Below, one piece after another: positions 1 through 11,307 of a DNA stretch of 64,000 bases. Position 1 is the stretch's first letter. Each line of letters starts with the position of its first letter. The position numbers and the translations under genes were made by a program. The stretch comes from the human T2T-CHM13v2.0 reference genome, Homo sapiens, in assembly GCF_009914755.1 (NCBI RefSeq), contig NC_060941.1, one strand, 5' to 3'. The notes below the pieces were generated by a model. It had not been told where the DNA came from. It did no database searches and worked only from the letters and a program-made list of their open reading frames with translations.

Positions 1-228
1 GAGACCCCATCTCTACAAATAATTTAAAAATGAGCCAGGCATGGTGGTGCACACCTGTAGTCCAGCTACTCAGGAGGCTGAGGTGGGAGCATTGCTTGAG
101 CCCAGAGGGTCAAGGCTGCAGTGAGCCATGGTGGCACCACCACACTCCAGCCTGGATGACACAGTGAGAAAACTGTCTCAAAAAAAAAAAAAGAAAGAAA
201 AAGAAAAAGAAAAAAGAAAAGAATAAAA
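1..228 (+). mobile_element. Alu (AluJ-like, cut by window edge)
   Basis: Right arm, A-rich linker and long A-rich tail. Confidence 0.92.
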
Positions 229-313
229 GGAAATGGTGGGGCCCTGGCCCAGGAGGGAGCTTCCCAAGCCTCGGGCCCCTCCCTGAACTTCCACCCCCTT
301 TACTGTACCCCAG

Positions 314-460
314 AGCGAGGAGGAGGGCCGCCTGTACTTCAGCATGGATGATGGCCAGACCCGCTTCACTGACCTGCTGCAGCTCGTGGAGTTCCACCAG
401 CTGAACCGCGGCATCCTGCCGTGCTTGCTGCGCCATTGCTGCACGCGGGTGGCCCTCTGA
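314..460 (+). CDS. GRB7: GRB7 last coding exon (C-terminal part of SH2 domain)
   Basis: Pyrimidine tract then ccccag| acceptor at 313/314; translates SEEEGRLYFSMDDGQTRFTDLLQLVEFHQLNRGILPCLLRHCCTRVAL then TGA at 458-460, matching the GRB7 C-terminus as I recall it. Not in the ORF track (too short). Confidence 0.97.
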   Translation, partial: SEEEGRLYFSMDDGQTRFTDLLQLVEFHQLNRGILPCLLRHCCTRVAL

Positions 461-850
461 CCAGGCCGTGGACTGGCTCATGCCTCAGCCCGCCTTCAGG
501 CTGCCCGCCGCCCCTCCACCCATCCAGTGGACTCTGGGGCGCGGCCACAGGGGACGGGATGAGGAGCGGGAGGGTTCCGCCACTCCAGTTTTCTCCTCTG
601 CTTCTTTGCCTCCCTCAGATAGAAAACAGCCCCCACTCCAGTCCACTCCTGACCCCTCTCCTCAAGGGAAGGCCTTGGGTGGCCCCCTCTCCTTCTCCTA
701 GCTCTGGAGGTGCTGCTCTAGGGCAGGGAATTATGGGAGAAGTGGGGGCAGCCCAGGCGGTTTCACGCCCCACACTTTGTACAGACCGAGAGGCCAGTTG
801 ATCTGCTCTGTTTTATACTAGTGACAATAAAGATTATTTTTTGATACACC
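461..850 (+). other. GRB7: GRB7 3'UTR
   Basis: Between the stop codon and AATAAA at 826-831; cleavage site inferred about 20 nt downstream. Confidence 0.85.
826..831 (+). terminator. GRB7: GRB7 polyadenylation signal AATAAA
   Basis: AATAAA followed by T-rich and GT-rich sequence (gattattttttgatac...gttctgtctgg). Confidence 0.88.
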
Positions 851-888
851 TATGAGTTCTGTCTGGCAAGGCCTGGCTGGCTGAATCA

Positions 889-1199
<311 letters not shown>

Positions 1200-1790
1200 G
1201 AGGGGAGACCTGGAGAGGTGGGCACCTGTGGAGGCCTTGGTGGAAGTGTCAAATGGATCGAGGCCATGTCTCAGCCTGCCTGGATGTTCCTCAAGGGCAG
1301 GAGTGGTTATCTGAGAGTCTCCAGTGCCCACCATGCAGCTTGACACATAGTAGGCGCCCAGTCATTGCTAATTAAGTAAGTGAATAGACAAGAGACCATC
1401 ATCCCAGAGAGATTTTCTGACAGTCTAAGTCTAGAGAGGTAATTAACAGGGCCTGGGAGTTGGAGATGAGTCCGACAGCATGCTTGTCCTCCGCTAGTCC
1501 TGGACTAGCTGACGGATAGTTGGCCCCAGCATGCACACAGTTATGCATCCAGCCCCACCACCAAGACACAGAATGGCCTCATCACCCCCAACAAGTCCCT
1601 GTGCCCCCTACTATCAGCCATGCTCCCTCCTACCCAAACTGAAACCTCCTTTCTGTCCTAGTTCTGCCCCTTCCAGAAAGCCATATAAATGGAGCCTGCT
1701 AGCATTCAGCCCTCTGCATCTGGCTTCCATCTCCAACACATCCTTCAGCACCCAGAGTGATCTTTTCTCAAATATAAATTCACCACTCCC

Positions 1791-2455
<665 letters not shown>

Positions 2456-3012
2456 TAGTTTGAGCTCTTACCTGATGGGAGCTCTTTAATAAATATGTCA
2501 GATCGACTGCATCTGAACTTGCTGCTTAACTCAGGAGACAGACCCTCCTGCAGACCTGTGAACCCCAACTAGTCATTGTTTTTGTCAAAACACCAAACCT
2601 GAATCTGATTCCTTGGATTCAACAACTAGTTTACGGGAAATACAAGGGAAACAATGACAAAAATCCAGATTGGGAAATTCTACAGAACAGATAACCCAGT
2701 TTCTTCTTCAACAGCAACAAAATTACCAGAAAAGATGGGCAATCTCTAGATTTCAAGAAATTTAGACATATATCAACCAAATGATGTGTTGACCTTTGAT
2801 TCAAATGCAAACTAACTGTAAAAAGCATTTATGAGCAATTGGGGGAAATTTGAATTCTGATCAGATATTCGATGATATTAAGGGATTATGGCTAACTTTC
2901 TAAGGTGTAATAATGGTATTGCAGTTACGGTTTTTTCTAAATCTTTATCTTTAAGAAATTCATTATGAAGTATTTAAAGGTGAAATCACATGATGTCTCA
3001 GCTTTGTTTTTA

Positions 3013-3102
3013 TTCCTTTTCTTTTTTTTTTTTCCAACTTTTATTTTAGATTCAGGGAGTACATGTGCAGGTTTATTACCTGGGTATATTGAGTAATGCT
3101 GA
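3013..3102 (-). mobile_element. Severely 5'-truncated L1P insertion
   Basis: poly-T then ccaacttttattttagattcagggagtacatgtgcaggtt (reverse of the L1PA 3' terminus); 13-bp TSD AGCTTTGTTTTTA at 3000-3012 and 3103-3115. Confidence 0.85.
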
Positions 3103-3130
3103 AGCTTTGTTTTTAAAATAACCCAGAGGT

Positions 3131-3420
3131 GGCCAGGCACAGTGGGTCATGCCTGTAATCCCAGTACTTTGGGAGCTGAGGTGGGAGGAGTTTGAGACCA
3201 GCCTGGGCAACATAGTGAGGCCCTCTCTACAAAAATAAAAAATAAAAAATTAGCCAGGTGTGGTGACATGCATCTGTGGTCCCAGCTACCTGGGAGGCTG
3301 GGGTGAAAGGATCGTTTGAGCCCAGGAAGTCAAGGCTGGTGTGAGCCATGATTGCATCTCTGCACTCCAGCCTGGGCCACAGAACATGACCTTGTCTCAA
3401 AAAATAAAAAGAAAAAAATG
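3131..3420 (+). mobile_element. Alu (AluJ-like, small left-arm deletion)
   Basis: Dimer with A tail. Confidence 0.92.
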
Positions 3421-3649
3421 AAATCCAGAGGTTAAAGGAGAGGGTGTGGGCATAGTCATGGTGTGGCCATGAGTTGACACTGGCTGTTGATATTGGTTGA
3501 AGCTTGGTGACAGGTACTGGCTATGTGGGGATTTGTTAAATTATCCTCTCCACCTTTGTATATGCTTGGATATTCTATTATATATTGATATATTTTAATG
3601 GAGAGCCCCTTCTCAAATCTTTGGGACTGACTGGGCAGGAGGTGGTGAG

Positions 3650-3750
3650 ACGCTGTTTTGTAGGTGAGGAAACTGACGGCCCAGTGGGCAGCCTGGCCCC
3701 AGATCACAGTGGGAGAGCCAAGATTCCAACCCAGGTCTGAGGACCAGGTC
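3650..3750 (+). mobile_element. MIR fragment
   Basis: ttttgtaggtgaggaaactga...gcccagatcacag...agattccaacccaggtctg core. Confidence 0.65.
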
Positions 3751-4479
3751 TGGGCATGTTCTGCTTCCCCTGTCTGGCTGACGTCCAGGTGGCATTCCTC
3801 AGCCACAGTGACAGCAATAGTGGCCTACTGGGGTCCTCCCTTAGAGAGCCCCTCCCTTCCCTGCAGCCTTGGTCTCTGGCCTGGAGGGTTGTCCTGAGGT
3901 GACCTTGAGACTGTGCAGCCTCTGCAATCAGCCCCTGGGCTGGGTCTGGCAGCCCTGGCAGCCACTCCCGACCAAGGCACCCCCATCCTTGGCTAACTCC
4001 AGGCTGGGAAGCTGGGACCAGGTCCAGCAGACAGAGGTGGGCAGAGAGGTCTCATGCACACCCCAGCCTGGGACCTCCTGGGAATCTGCTGGAAGAACTT
4101 ACTGCAGCCCAAGGGCAGGAAGGGTGGCAGATTTTGCTTCTTTTTAGCAGGACTGGAGGCAGGACCCAGTGCAACCTGCTGCCTGCCACCTGCCACGGTT
4201 CCCAGAGCCATCCCCACCACAGGCTGTGGCTCGAGCACCGAACAGGGCAGTGTCAGCTGTGTGGCTGGCCATGGGTGCCCAGGGCCACCTCCGAGGTGTG
4301 GGTGCCAGAGTTCCAGGCTGGAGTGAGAGTAAAGGGGTCAAGATGAGTCACCTCTTCAGCATGTCCAGGGGTTCAGACTGTAAAAAAAGAGGACCCAGTG
4401 TCCCTTCACAGCCTGAGGCACTGGGCAGAGACAAAGCCTCTCTGTCAATCAGCTAATTGGAGACTGTGAGACAGATGTC

Positions 4480-4570
4480 CTTCCCACTTTACAAATGGGA
4501 AACTGAGGCTCAGGGAAAGACAGGGACTCACCTGCGACAGGGGTCGCAGAGGGAGTTCGGGACAGAGGCC
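4480..4570 (+). mobile_element. MIR fragment
   Basis: cccactttacaaatgggaaactgaggctcagg core. Confidence 0.6.
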
Positions 4571-6331
4571 AGACTCAGCCCACTGGACAGGTGGTGAAAT
4601 GCAGCCCTGCCCTGCTCTAGCCTTTGTTCTCTGCCCCCTCCCTTCTCAGTGCTGGCCACAGTGAGGGACCTAGGCTGCCGAGAGCCCTTAGAGGGGGCAG
4701 CATTTGGCCCTGATCTGGCCACCTGAGACCAGCAGCAGCCCATTCTTGGTGAGTGTCTGAGATTTCTGGCTTTTTGGAGACGTAGCTGCTAAGAGTTTGG
4801 GGGCACAGGGACCCTCTCAGGGCCAGCTCACAGTGGAACCCCTGGGTAAGATCCCCCAGCTCTGAGGATGTGGGAAGGATGCTGCTCTACCTCAGAGACT
4901 GCAGCATGACCTACAGTGGTCAGACAGCAGAAAGGACTGCCAAGGACGGCTGCAGTGCTAGATCGGGGAGGCTTGTGGTTCTGAGAAAATCTGGGCTGGT
5001 GGGAGGGGAAGCAGGGGCTTCTCTGGGGGAGAGGGTGGGGGCTGGGACCTCAGATACTGTCTTTTCAAAATTGATTTATTGGGTTTCATTCTAAAATTAT
5101 ACGTACTTATTAAAAACATTTCAGAAAAAAACTTGAGGGCAAAGGGGAAATTCCTCATCATCTTTCCATGCAGAGGAGGACCCAGTACTGAGAGAGGGTG
5201 ACAGGGCCCACATCTGGGGAGCTGACGCGAAGTGCTGCCTGCCATGCATCACACGTTCCAGCTTCCCGGGACCAGCGTGGCCGGTGGGAGCCGGGTGCCA
5301 GGGCACATTGCTATCCTTGGCAGCACCATGGGCCTTTAGGGTAGGGGTTCTGTGGAGGGTGTGGCTACAATGTTGGCCTCCCTGCCTGCTCAAGTGTGGA
5401 GGGGAGGGAGGACTGCTGCCAACGCTCTGGACTCTGGGATGGGGGTGGGCATGATTCCAGGGGAGCCCACCTCCCTGGGCGGGGCATCCAGACAAAGCCC
5501 TGGCCAGTTCTGCAACATCCAAGTTCACGGGTGGTGGACAGGCCCAAGGGTTCAACATCAGGTCAGGGACCCTGCCTGGCTCCTTCCTTGGGCCCCAGTG
5601 CCAGGCACCCTGATGAGGGATGAAGAGAGGAAGGACAGGACACAGACAGGGGAGCCCAAAGCCACTTGGAAGGATTCTTTCTTCCAAACTATCCACATAA
5701 GCAGTTTTCTAACTCCTTCCCAGAGCCCAAGGGTTCTGGCAGGGGCTTGAGGGGCAGGTTGGGGTGGTGATGGGGGATGCATTGCCTTTCTATCTGGAAC
5801 TTGAGCCTTATGGTATATTCAGGAAAAAGGCTTGAACCAGTGAAGTACTGATCTGGTCCAACAGATAGAAAGAGGGCCCAGAGAGGTCAGGGCTTGGTCC
5901 AACTCGCACAGTGGTGGGGCGTCTGCAGACTGCTTTCCTGTCCTGTGCTGTTGGCAGAACCTCAGCTTTGGGACTTGAGGGGGAGTATGCAGTGGCAATT
6001 AGGACAAACGACTCTGAGCTCTCAGTTGAGTTGGGGGAGGAGAGAAAAGAAGGAGTTAGATCCTGGGGGAGTTGGATGTTGCAGACTGGACTCCAGAGCC
6101 TGGGGGTGTGGGCGATCCTGGGGTGTGGGGAGGGCGGGCTGAGGCTGCTCCACAAGCGTTCTCGAAGTTCACCATACAAGAAGGGGCGGTGTGGGGAAAT
6201 GGGGATGAGGCCTGAAATTCAATCCCATGTGGGTTGAGTTATGATGTCATCTGACACCCTCTCACACGGCTGCATCTACCCCAAGGAAGGGGCAAGTTTT
6301 TCTTTGATGGGCACCTGGGGGGGCTGTTTAG

Positions 6332-6654
<323 letters not shown>

Positions 6655-7011
6655 CTGGAGCTGCATTTTTGTTGTAAGCACTTTGTTCTTACTTGGATTA
6701 GGTTTATTTTAGGGTGGTTTGGGGCAGACTGAGGGAGATTGGAAGGCAGAAACCACCCCCTCAGGACAACCACGTGGATCTCCTTAGGGTCTGGGTAGTG
6801 GAACTGGGCCCTGTGACCTTGGAGTTGGAGGGGAAGCTGTAAGCAGGGATGGAACGGGCCACCCGCACCCTCACACAGCTGTGACCAACAGGCACGGTCA
6901 TCCGCATTCACCTGCCCAACTCCCATGCCCTGAGTCCTGTCCTCCAGGGCATTCCTACTGGCACTACCCCAATTTCCCAAAAGATTCCAGGGATCTCTCT
7001 CTCGCTCTCTC

Positions 7012-7262
7012 TTTTTTTTTTTTTACAGTCTCACTCTGTTGCCCAGGCTGGAGTGCAGTGGCTGATCTCAGCTCACTGCAACCTCCACCCCCTGGGTTCA
7101 AGCGATTTTCCTGCCTCAGCCTCTTGAGTAGTTTGGGATTACAGGCGTGCGCCACCACGCCCAGCTAATTTTTGTATTTTTAGTAGACGGGGTTTTGCCA
7201 TGTTGGCCAGACTGATCTCAAACTCCTGACCTCAAGTGATCCTCCCGCTTTGGCCTCCCAAG
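7012..7262 (-). mobile_element. Alu, 5' end truncated, adjacent to CpG island
   Basis: Reverse dimer ending at ggcctccca. Confidence 0.92.
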
Positions 7263-7394
7263 GGAGGGTTCCTTCCTCCCAGGCTGAGGCACCCTGCCCC
7301 ACACATCTACTGGAGGAACTTAGTGTTGGGGCCAGGGGGTGGCTGGGTAAGGCTGGATCCCACACTTGTCAGGCCAGGTTGGGGTAGGGGAGGA

Positions 7395-8715
7395 TACACG
7401 GGGGACCCGTCTCTCAGCCGTTCTGGGCCGGTGCCTGAGGCGATCTGCCCCGCCGCCCGCCCTTCCGCCACCACCCAAGTCGCATGCGCGCGCCGGGGCC
7501 GACGGGCGCCAGGCTCCACCGAGCCACCCTCCGTCGTGGCGGCCCCTCGTGCCTCTGCGGAGGGAAGGCCGCCGGCTTCGCCAGGGGGCGCGCGTCGGGG
7601 TCGCGGCTCTTTGAACTCGGCCCCACGAGGGGACGCGCCATCGGTTTCGTGGCTTGCGTGGCGCCGCAGCAACGAGCTGGTCGCCCCGGGGCGTTGCTTA
7701 GTCCGGGCCTCGCTGCGAGTCTGTGGGCGAGGCGGGAGGTGCTTCCTTGGCCAGGCGGGTGGAGGAAGGTGTGGGCGCCGCATCCCAGCGTCGCGGAGCC
7801 TCCAGGCGCGGGCAGGCGAGACTGGCGTGCAGCGCGACGGCCTAGTCCCGGCGTCCCACCGTCCCCCACTCCCGCAGGCGCCGAGCCGATTCAGCCGCGC
7901 GGCTGCAGTGACACCCAGCGGCCGTCGCGGGAAGTGCGGTCGCCGCGGCCAGGCCTCCGGGGCTCCTGTCTCTCGAGGTTCCCACCCCGGTTACGCGCGG
8001 GCACCCCGGAGGAGAGCGGCCGCGCGCTGCAGATGCCCGCGGGGGCACTTCCCCTGCCCCTCCCCCGTTTCCTCCCCGCAGGCGCCCGAGCGCCGGGAGA
8101 TCCTGCGCAGCGGCAGTGCCCGGAAGGGCGGGGCGGGGTGCAGCAGCGGCGCTGGGCTGTGACCCGGGCAGTTTCACTTCTGGATCCTGCTCGGGCTGTG
8201 ATAGGACAGCGCGGGGGCAGCGGGGGAACACGCGGGCACGCCGAGATCCGGCGCTCGGGACCCCGATGAGGGGAGGCCTTTCACTCCTGGGGTGTCACGC
8301 GACCCACGCTTTCCTCCATGTCCACTCCCACCCCCCATGGGTTCCACTTTGCTGTCCCCCGAGCTGCCGCTCCTCCCCAGCAGACACCGTCTCCGCCGGG
8401 GCTGCCGACCCCCGGAGAGGCCCCGAGCGGCGTGGGCGGCGGGAGGAGGGAGCTGTGAAGCCGCAGGCAGGGGGTTAGGCTGCGGGCTGCTGAGACGCCG
8501 AGCTGTTTCTCAGAAGTGCAGCTGCCCCTCCCCTCACACCCCCCTCACTCCCACCGCGCGCCGCACCCCTGCCCCCTCTCCGCCGGCCTCCCTTTCCTCT
8601 CCCAGGCACCCTAGCCGGGAATCTGGGGTCTGGGTCCACGCAGAATTAAGAGGAGAACCTGAGAAAGGGCGGGGGCCGGGGGTTCAGACCCAGCCTCAGC
8701 GCGCGTTATTCCGAG
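7395..8715. promoter_or_regulatory. Intergenic CpG island
   Basis: About 1.3 kb of very GC-rich, CpG-dense non-repeat sequence; GC boxes (7448-7462, 8126-8138, 8667-8675) and NRF1-like CGCATGCGCG (7481-7490). Confidence 0.9.
7578..7591 (+). promoter_or_regulatory. CTCF-like motif
   Basis: TCGCCAGGGGGCGC versus the core consensus CCRSYAGRKGGCGC. Confidence 0.55.
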
Positions 8716-9126
8716 CCTCCTATAATTCCACAGGTGAGGGGATCCTGTCCCCTACCCCTGGGGTCCAGGATTGGAATTTGATAGAACAGTTAGGAAAATG
8801 ACATCTTGAGAGAGTCAGGGCCCGGCCACTATTACTCTAGCTCCAGCGTCCAGTGAGGAGAGGAGAGAGAGGGAAGACCTGGAGCCCGGCTGGTGCAGTG
8901 AGGTTGAGGCCTGTCTTAGGAGTACCAGCTGGAAGGCCCTTCAGAGATCCCTGACTCTGGGGAAAATCAACGCCCAGAAGGGGAAGTCAAGTGTCTGGGC
9001 TCATCCCGAGAGGGAGAGGGCTGGGATTGGAACCAGGACTCCAAATAGTTGCGGGAGTCTGCGACTGTCTTTTGCTTGGGACTTCAGAGCTTTGCTGGAT
9101 TCACTGACTCAGCCTGCTTTCCCTCA

Positions 9127-9260
9127 ACACACACAAACACACACACACGAGACACGTGCACGCGCGCACACACACAGATACACAGACACACACAGACAGA
9201 CATGCAAGGAGAGAGACAGGCACACATGGAGACAGACACGCACACGCAAAGAGACACACA
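9127..9260 (+). repeat. Degenerate (CA)n microsatellite
   Basis: acacacaaacacacacacacgagacacgtgcacgcgcgcacacacacag... Confidence 0.88.
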
Positions 9261-9639
9261 GCTCCCCAGGAGTCTAGCGGGGCAGCTGAGGTCTGTGAGT
9301 GAGACATTCTCAGTGAGACACTGAGAATGCAATTCCAGTGGGGGTGGGATGGGGATTGGGCGGTGGAAGGACAAGCCCGGGGGAGGAGGTGGCATCGCCC
9401 CCCTAGTTCCCATCCACCACCACCCCCAGTGCTGTGGTTTATTTGCCTAGGCAGCTCTTCTGGGCCAGGGGGCCAGGGTACTGGGGTGGAGAGGCGAGGT
9501 GATGGGAAAGGCTGTTCTGGGGCTTCCTGCCCCCTCACTCCTGGGGAAGGGGGGTAGCTGCCATCACCCGCAGGCCTTTCCACTGCAGCCCTTTCCTTGG
9601 GTATGTGTGTTATTCTGGGGGAAGATCTGTTATTTGCGG

Positions 9640-9830
9640 AGAAGGGAGGCAGCTGCCTACTTCACAGGTCAAGACAGAGTTAAAAACAAAACCACAGCAA
9701 ATTCAACACCCCGTGTCCTTCAGGGACTTTCCATGACACCTTCCTTCCCCCCTCTCCCCTAAGCCAGGGAGCACCTCCCCAGAGGGCCTCCCCACCCCAG
9801 GTGCAGTGGCTTTTGGCTTTTATGCAAACA
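9640..9830. promoter_or_regulatory. Candidate lymphoid enhancer
   Basis: E-box CAGCTG at 9650, forkhead-like TAAAAACAAA 9681-9690, RUNX AACCACA 9690-9696, canonical NF-kB GGGACTTTCC 9723-9732. Confidence 0.6.
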
Positions 9831-11301
9831 ACTGTCTGATCCCGGAATGCTCCACAGCCCGAACTGTGGCCTGGGCCGAATGTGCCCCTCCACCATCCCT
9901 TGGGCCAGTGTTTCTGGTCTTCCTGGAGTTGTGACCTCCACTCTTCCTCAGACCCTGGATTCTGAGGGACAGGAGATGAGGGCAGGAAGCTAGGTCCTTT
10001 CCCCCTGCCTGCCCTCGGGTGGCAGTTGCCTGCAGGTGGAGGGTTTGGGCACAGCAACCTAAGTGAATGGTCCGGGGTTTTGAGTGATGGGGGAGGGGAA
10101 GAAGGAGGGTGCAGGTGTGGGGTGGCCTCCACTGCCAGGCCCACCACCCTCTAGGGCATTGAATTAGCTCCCAAGATCAGGAAGGAAAACTCTTCTCAGG
10201 CTGGGAGTCCATTCAACCCCAACGCCAGTGTGGACCTCCGGTCCTGCTCACTGGCAAAGGGGGTCAGGATCTCCCTGTCTCCCTCTCTTCTGCCTGAGCT
10301 GCTTCTGCTTTGGGGAGGGATTTGGGGATGGGGAAGGCCATATAATCTTCTCTCCAGGGCTGAAAACCAGCTACTGAGGGGCCGTTTTTGAATGTATTCA
10401 GTGCTAAAATGCAAAGGCAGGGTGCCATGCCATTCCTTTCTCCTCCTCAGCTTGAGCAAGACTGGGAAACCTGTAGGAGACCCTCAGCCAGTTTGAACAT
10501 TTTGGAGTGCTGATGGGAGGGAGATGATGCTGATCATGGAGCCAGAGGACGCTGGTGCCAGCCTAGCCCCACATTTGTTAGTCTTAAAACTTCAGACAAT
10601 CTTTCTCATGCCTCTTCCACAGAAGACGGAAAATGGAGGGTGCTTTAGATGAGGCTGAGCAGAAGGCCAGACTCTCTCTCTACTTTCTCTAACGTTTTCT
10701 AAGAGAGAACACAATGATGATGGAAAGAAAGCAGCCTCATCCCTATGCCATTCTCCTAGGACTTTTCCCCCTAACACCTTCGGTTTGGGTCTCCAAGTAT
10801 CTAAAAACTGTATTTAAATATGGTCGAGTTTAAGGACTGCAACTCAAGTTTCCCAATGTGGATGTCTGTGAGCCCCCACACATGAAAAAGTCAGAACTTG
10901 ACTGTATTTTAAGAAGAATCTCTGTTGAGGGAGGAAGGCAGAGCAGTGACTTGGAATAGGGGTGCACCATGCTGAATGTGCTGATCATGCTAAGTCCAGG
11001 TCCTCAACCTCCTCCAGTTTCCTTAGTGAACTAAGGACCAGTGGAACCAGGAACCCTATCTTGTGGGTTACAGGGGCCAGCAGCAGGATCACAGTGGTAG
11101 GCTCAGCAAGGCGTCAGGTGAGAACCTTTATTTCAGTGATAATTCATTTTTCTTGATAACTGGACTTTAAGAAATAGAGGGGCAAAATTAAGAAAGTATT
11201 CCTTGGGGCGGGATGAAACCCTTCTACATCCTGACACCAGCAGACACAAATCATAAGTGATAAGGATGCACAAGGACTAATTTCAAACATACCAGGATTT
11301 T

Positions 11302-11307
11302 TTTATT
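11302..11307 (-). terminator. IKZF3: Probable distal IKZF3 polyadenylation signal
   Basis: TTTATT on + (AATAAA on -), with GT-rich sequence downstream on the - strand (ttagtccttgtgcatc...tttgtgtctg). A second AATAAA lies at 11127-11132. Confidence 0.7.

Larger units (their letters stand above)
2600..3600 (+). mobile_element. Old L1M (L1MC/L1ME-type) 3' end, interrupted by an L1P fragment and an Alu
   Basis: Typical L1MC 3' sequence (ttgggggaaatttgaattctg...gatattcgatgatattaagg...tatttaaaggtgaaat), resuming after 3420. Confidence 0.65.

Noticed and set aside
5121-6237. Intergenic ORFs as a possible remnant of a FIGNL1- or DDC-like gene
   Set aside because: No AAA-ATPase or decarboxylase motifs visible. 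A tBLASTn search would be needed to exclude a highly decayed relic.
7236-8801. Long ORFs over the CpG island (308, 261, 169, 158 aa)
   Set aside because: Overlapping ORFs on both strands, rich in Arg/Gly/Pro/Ala, with no recognisable domain; expected from stop-codon scarcity in GC-rich DNA.
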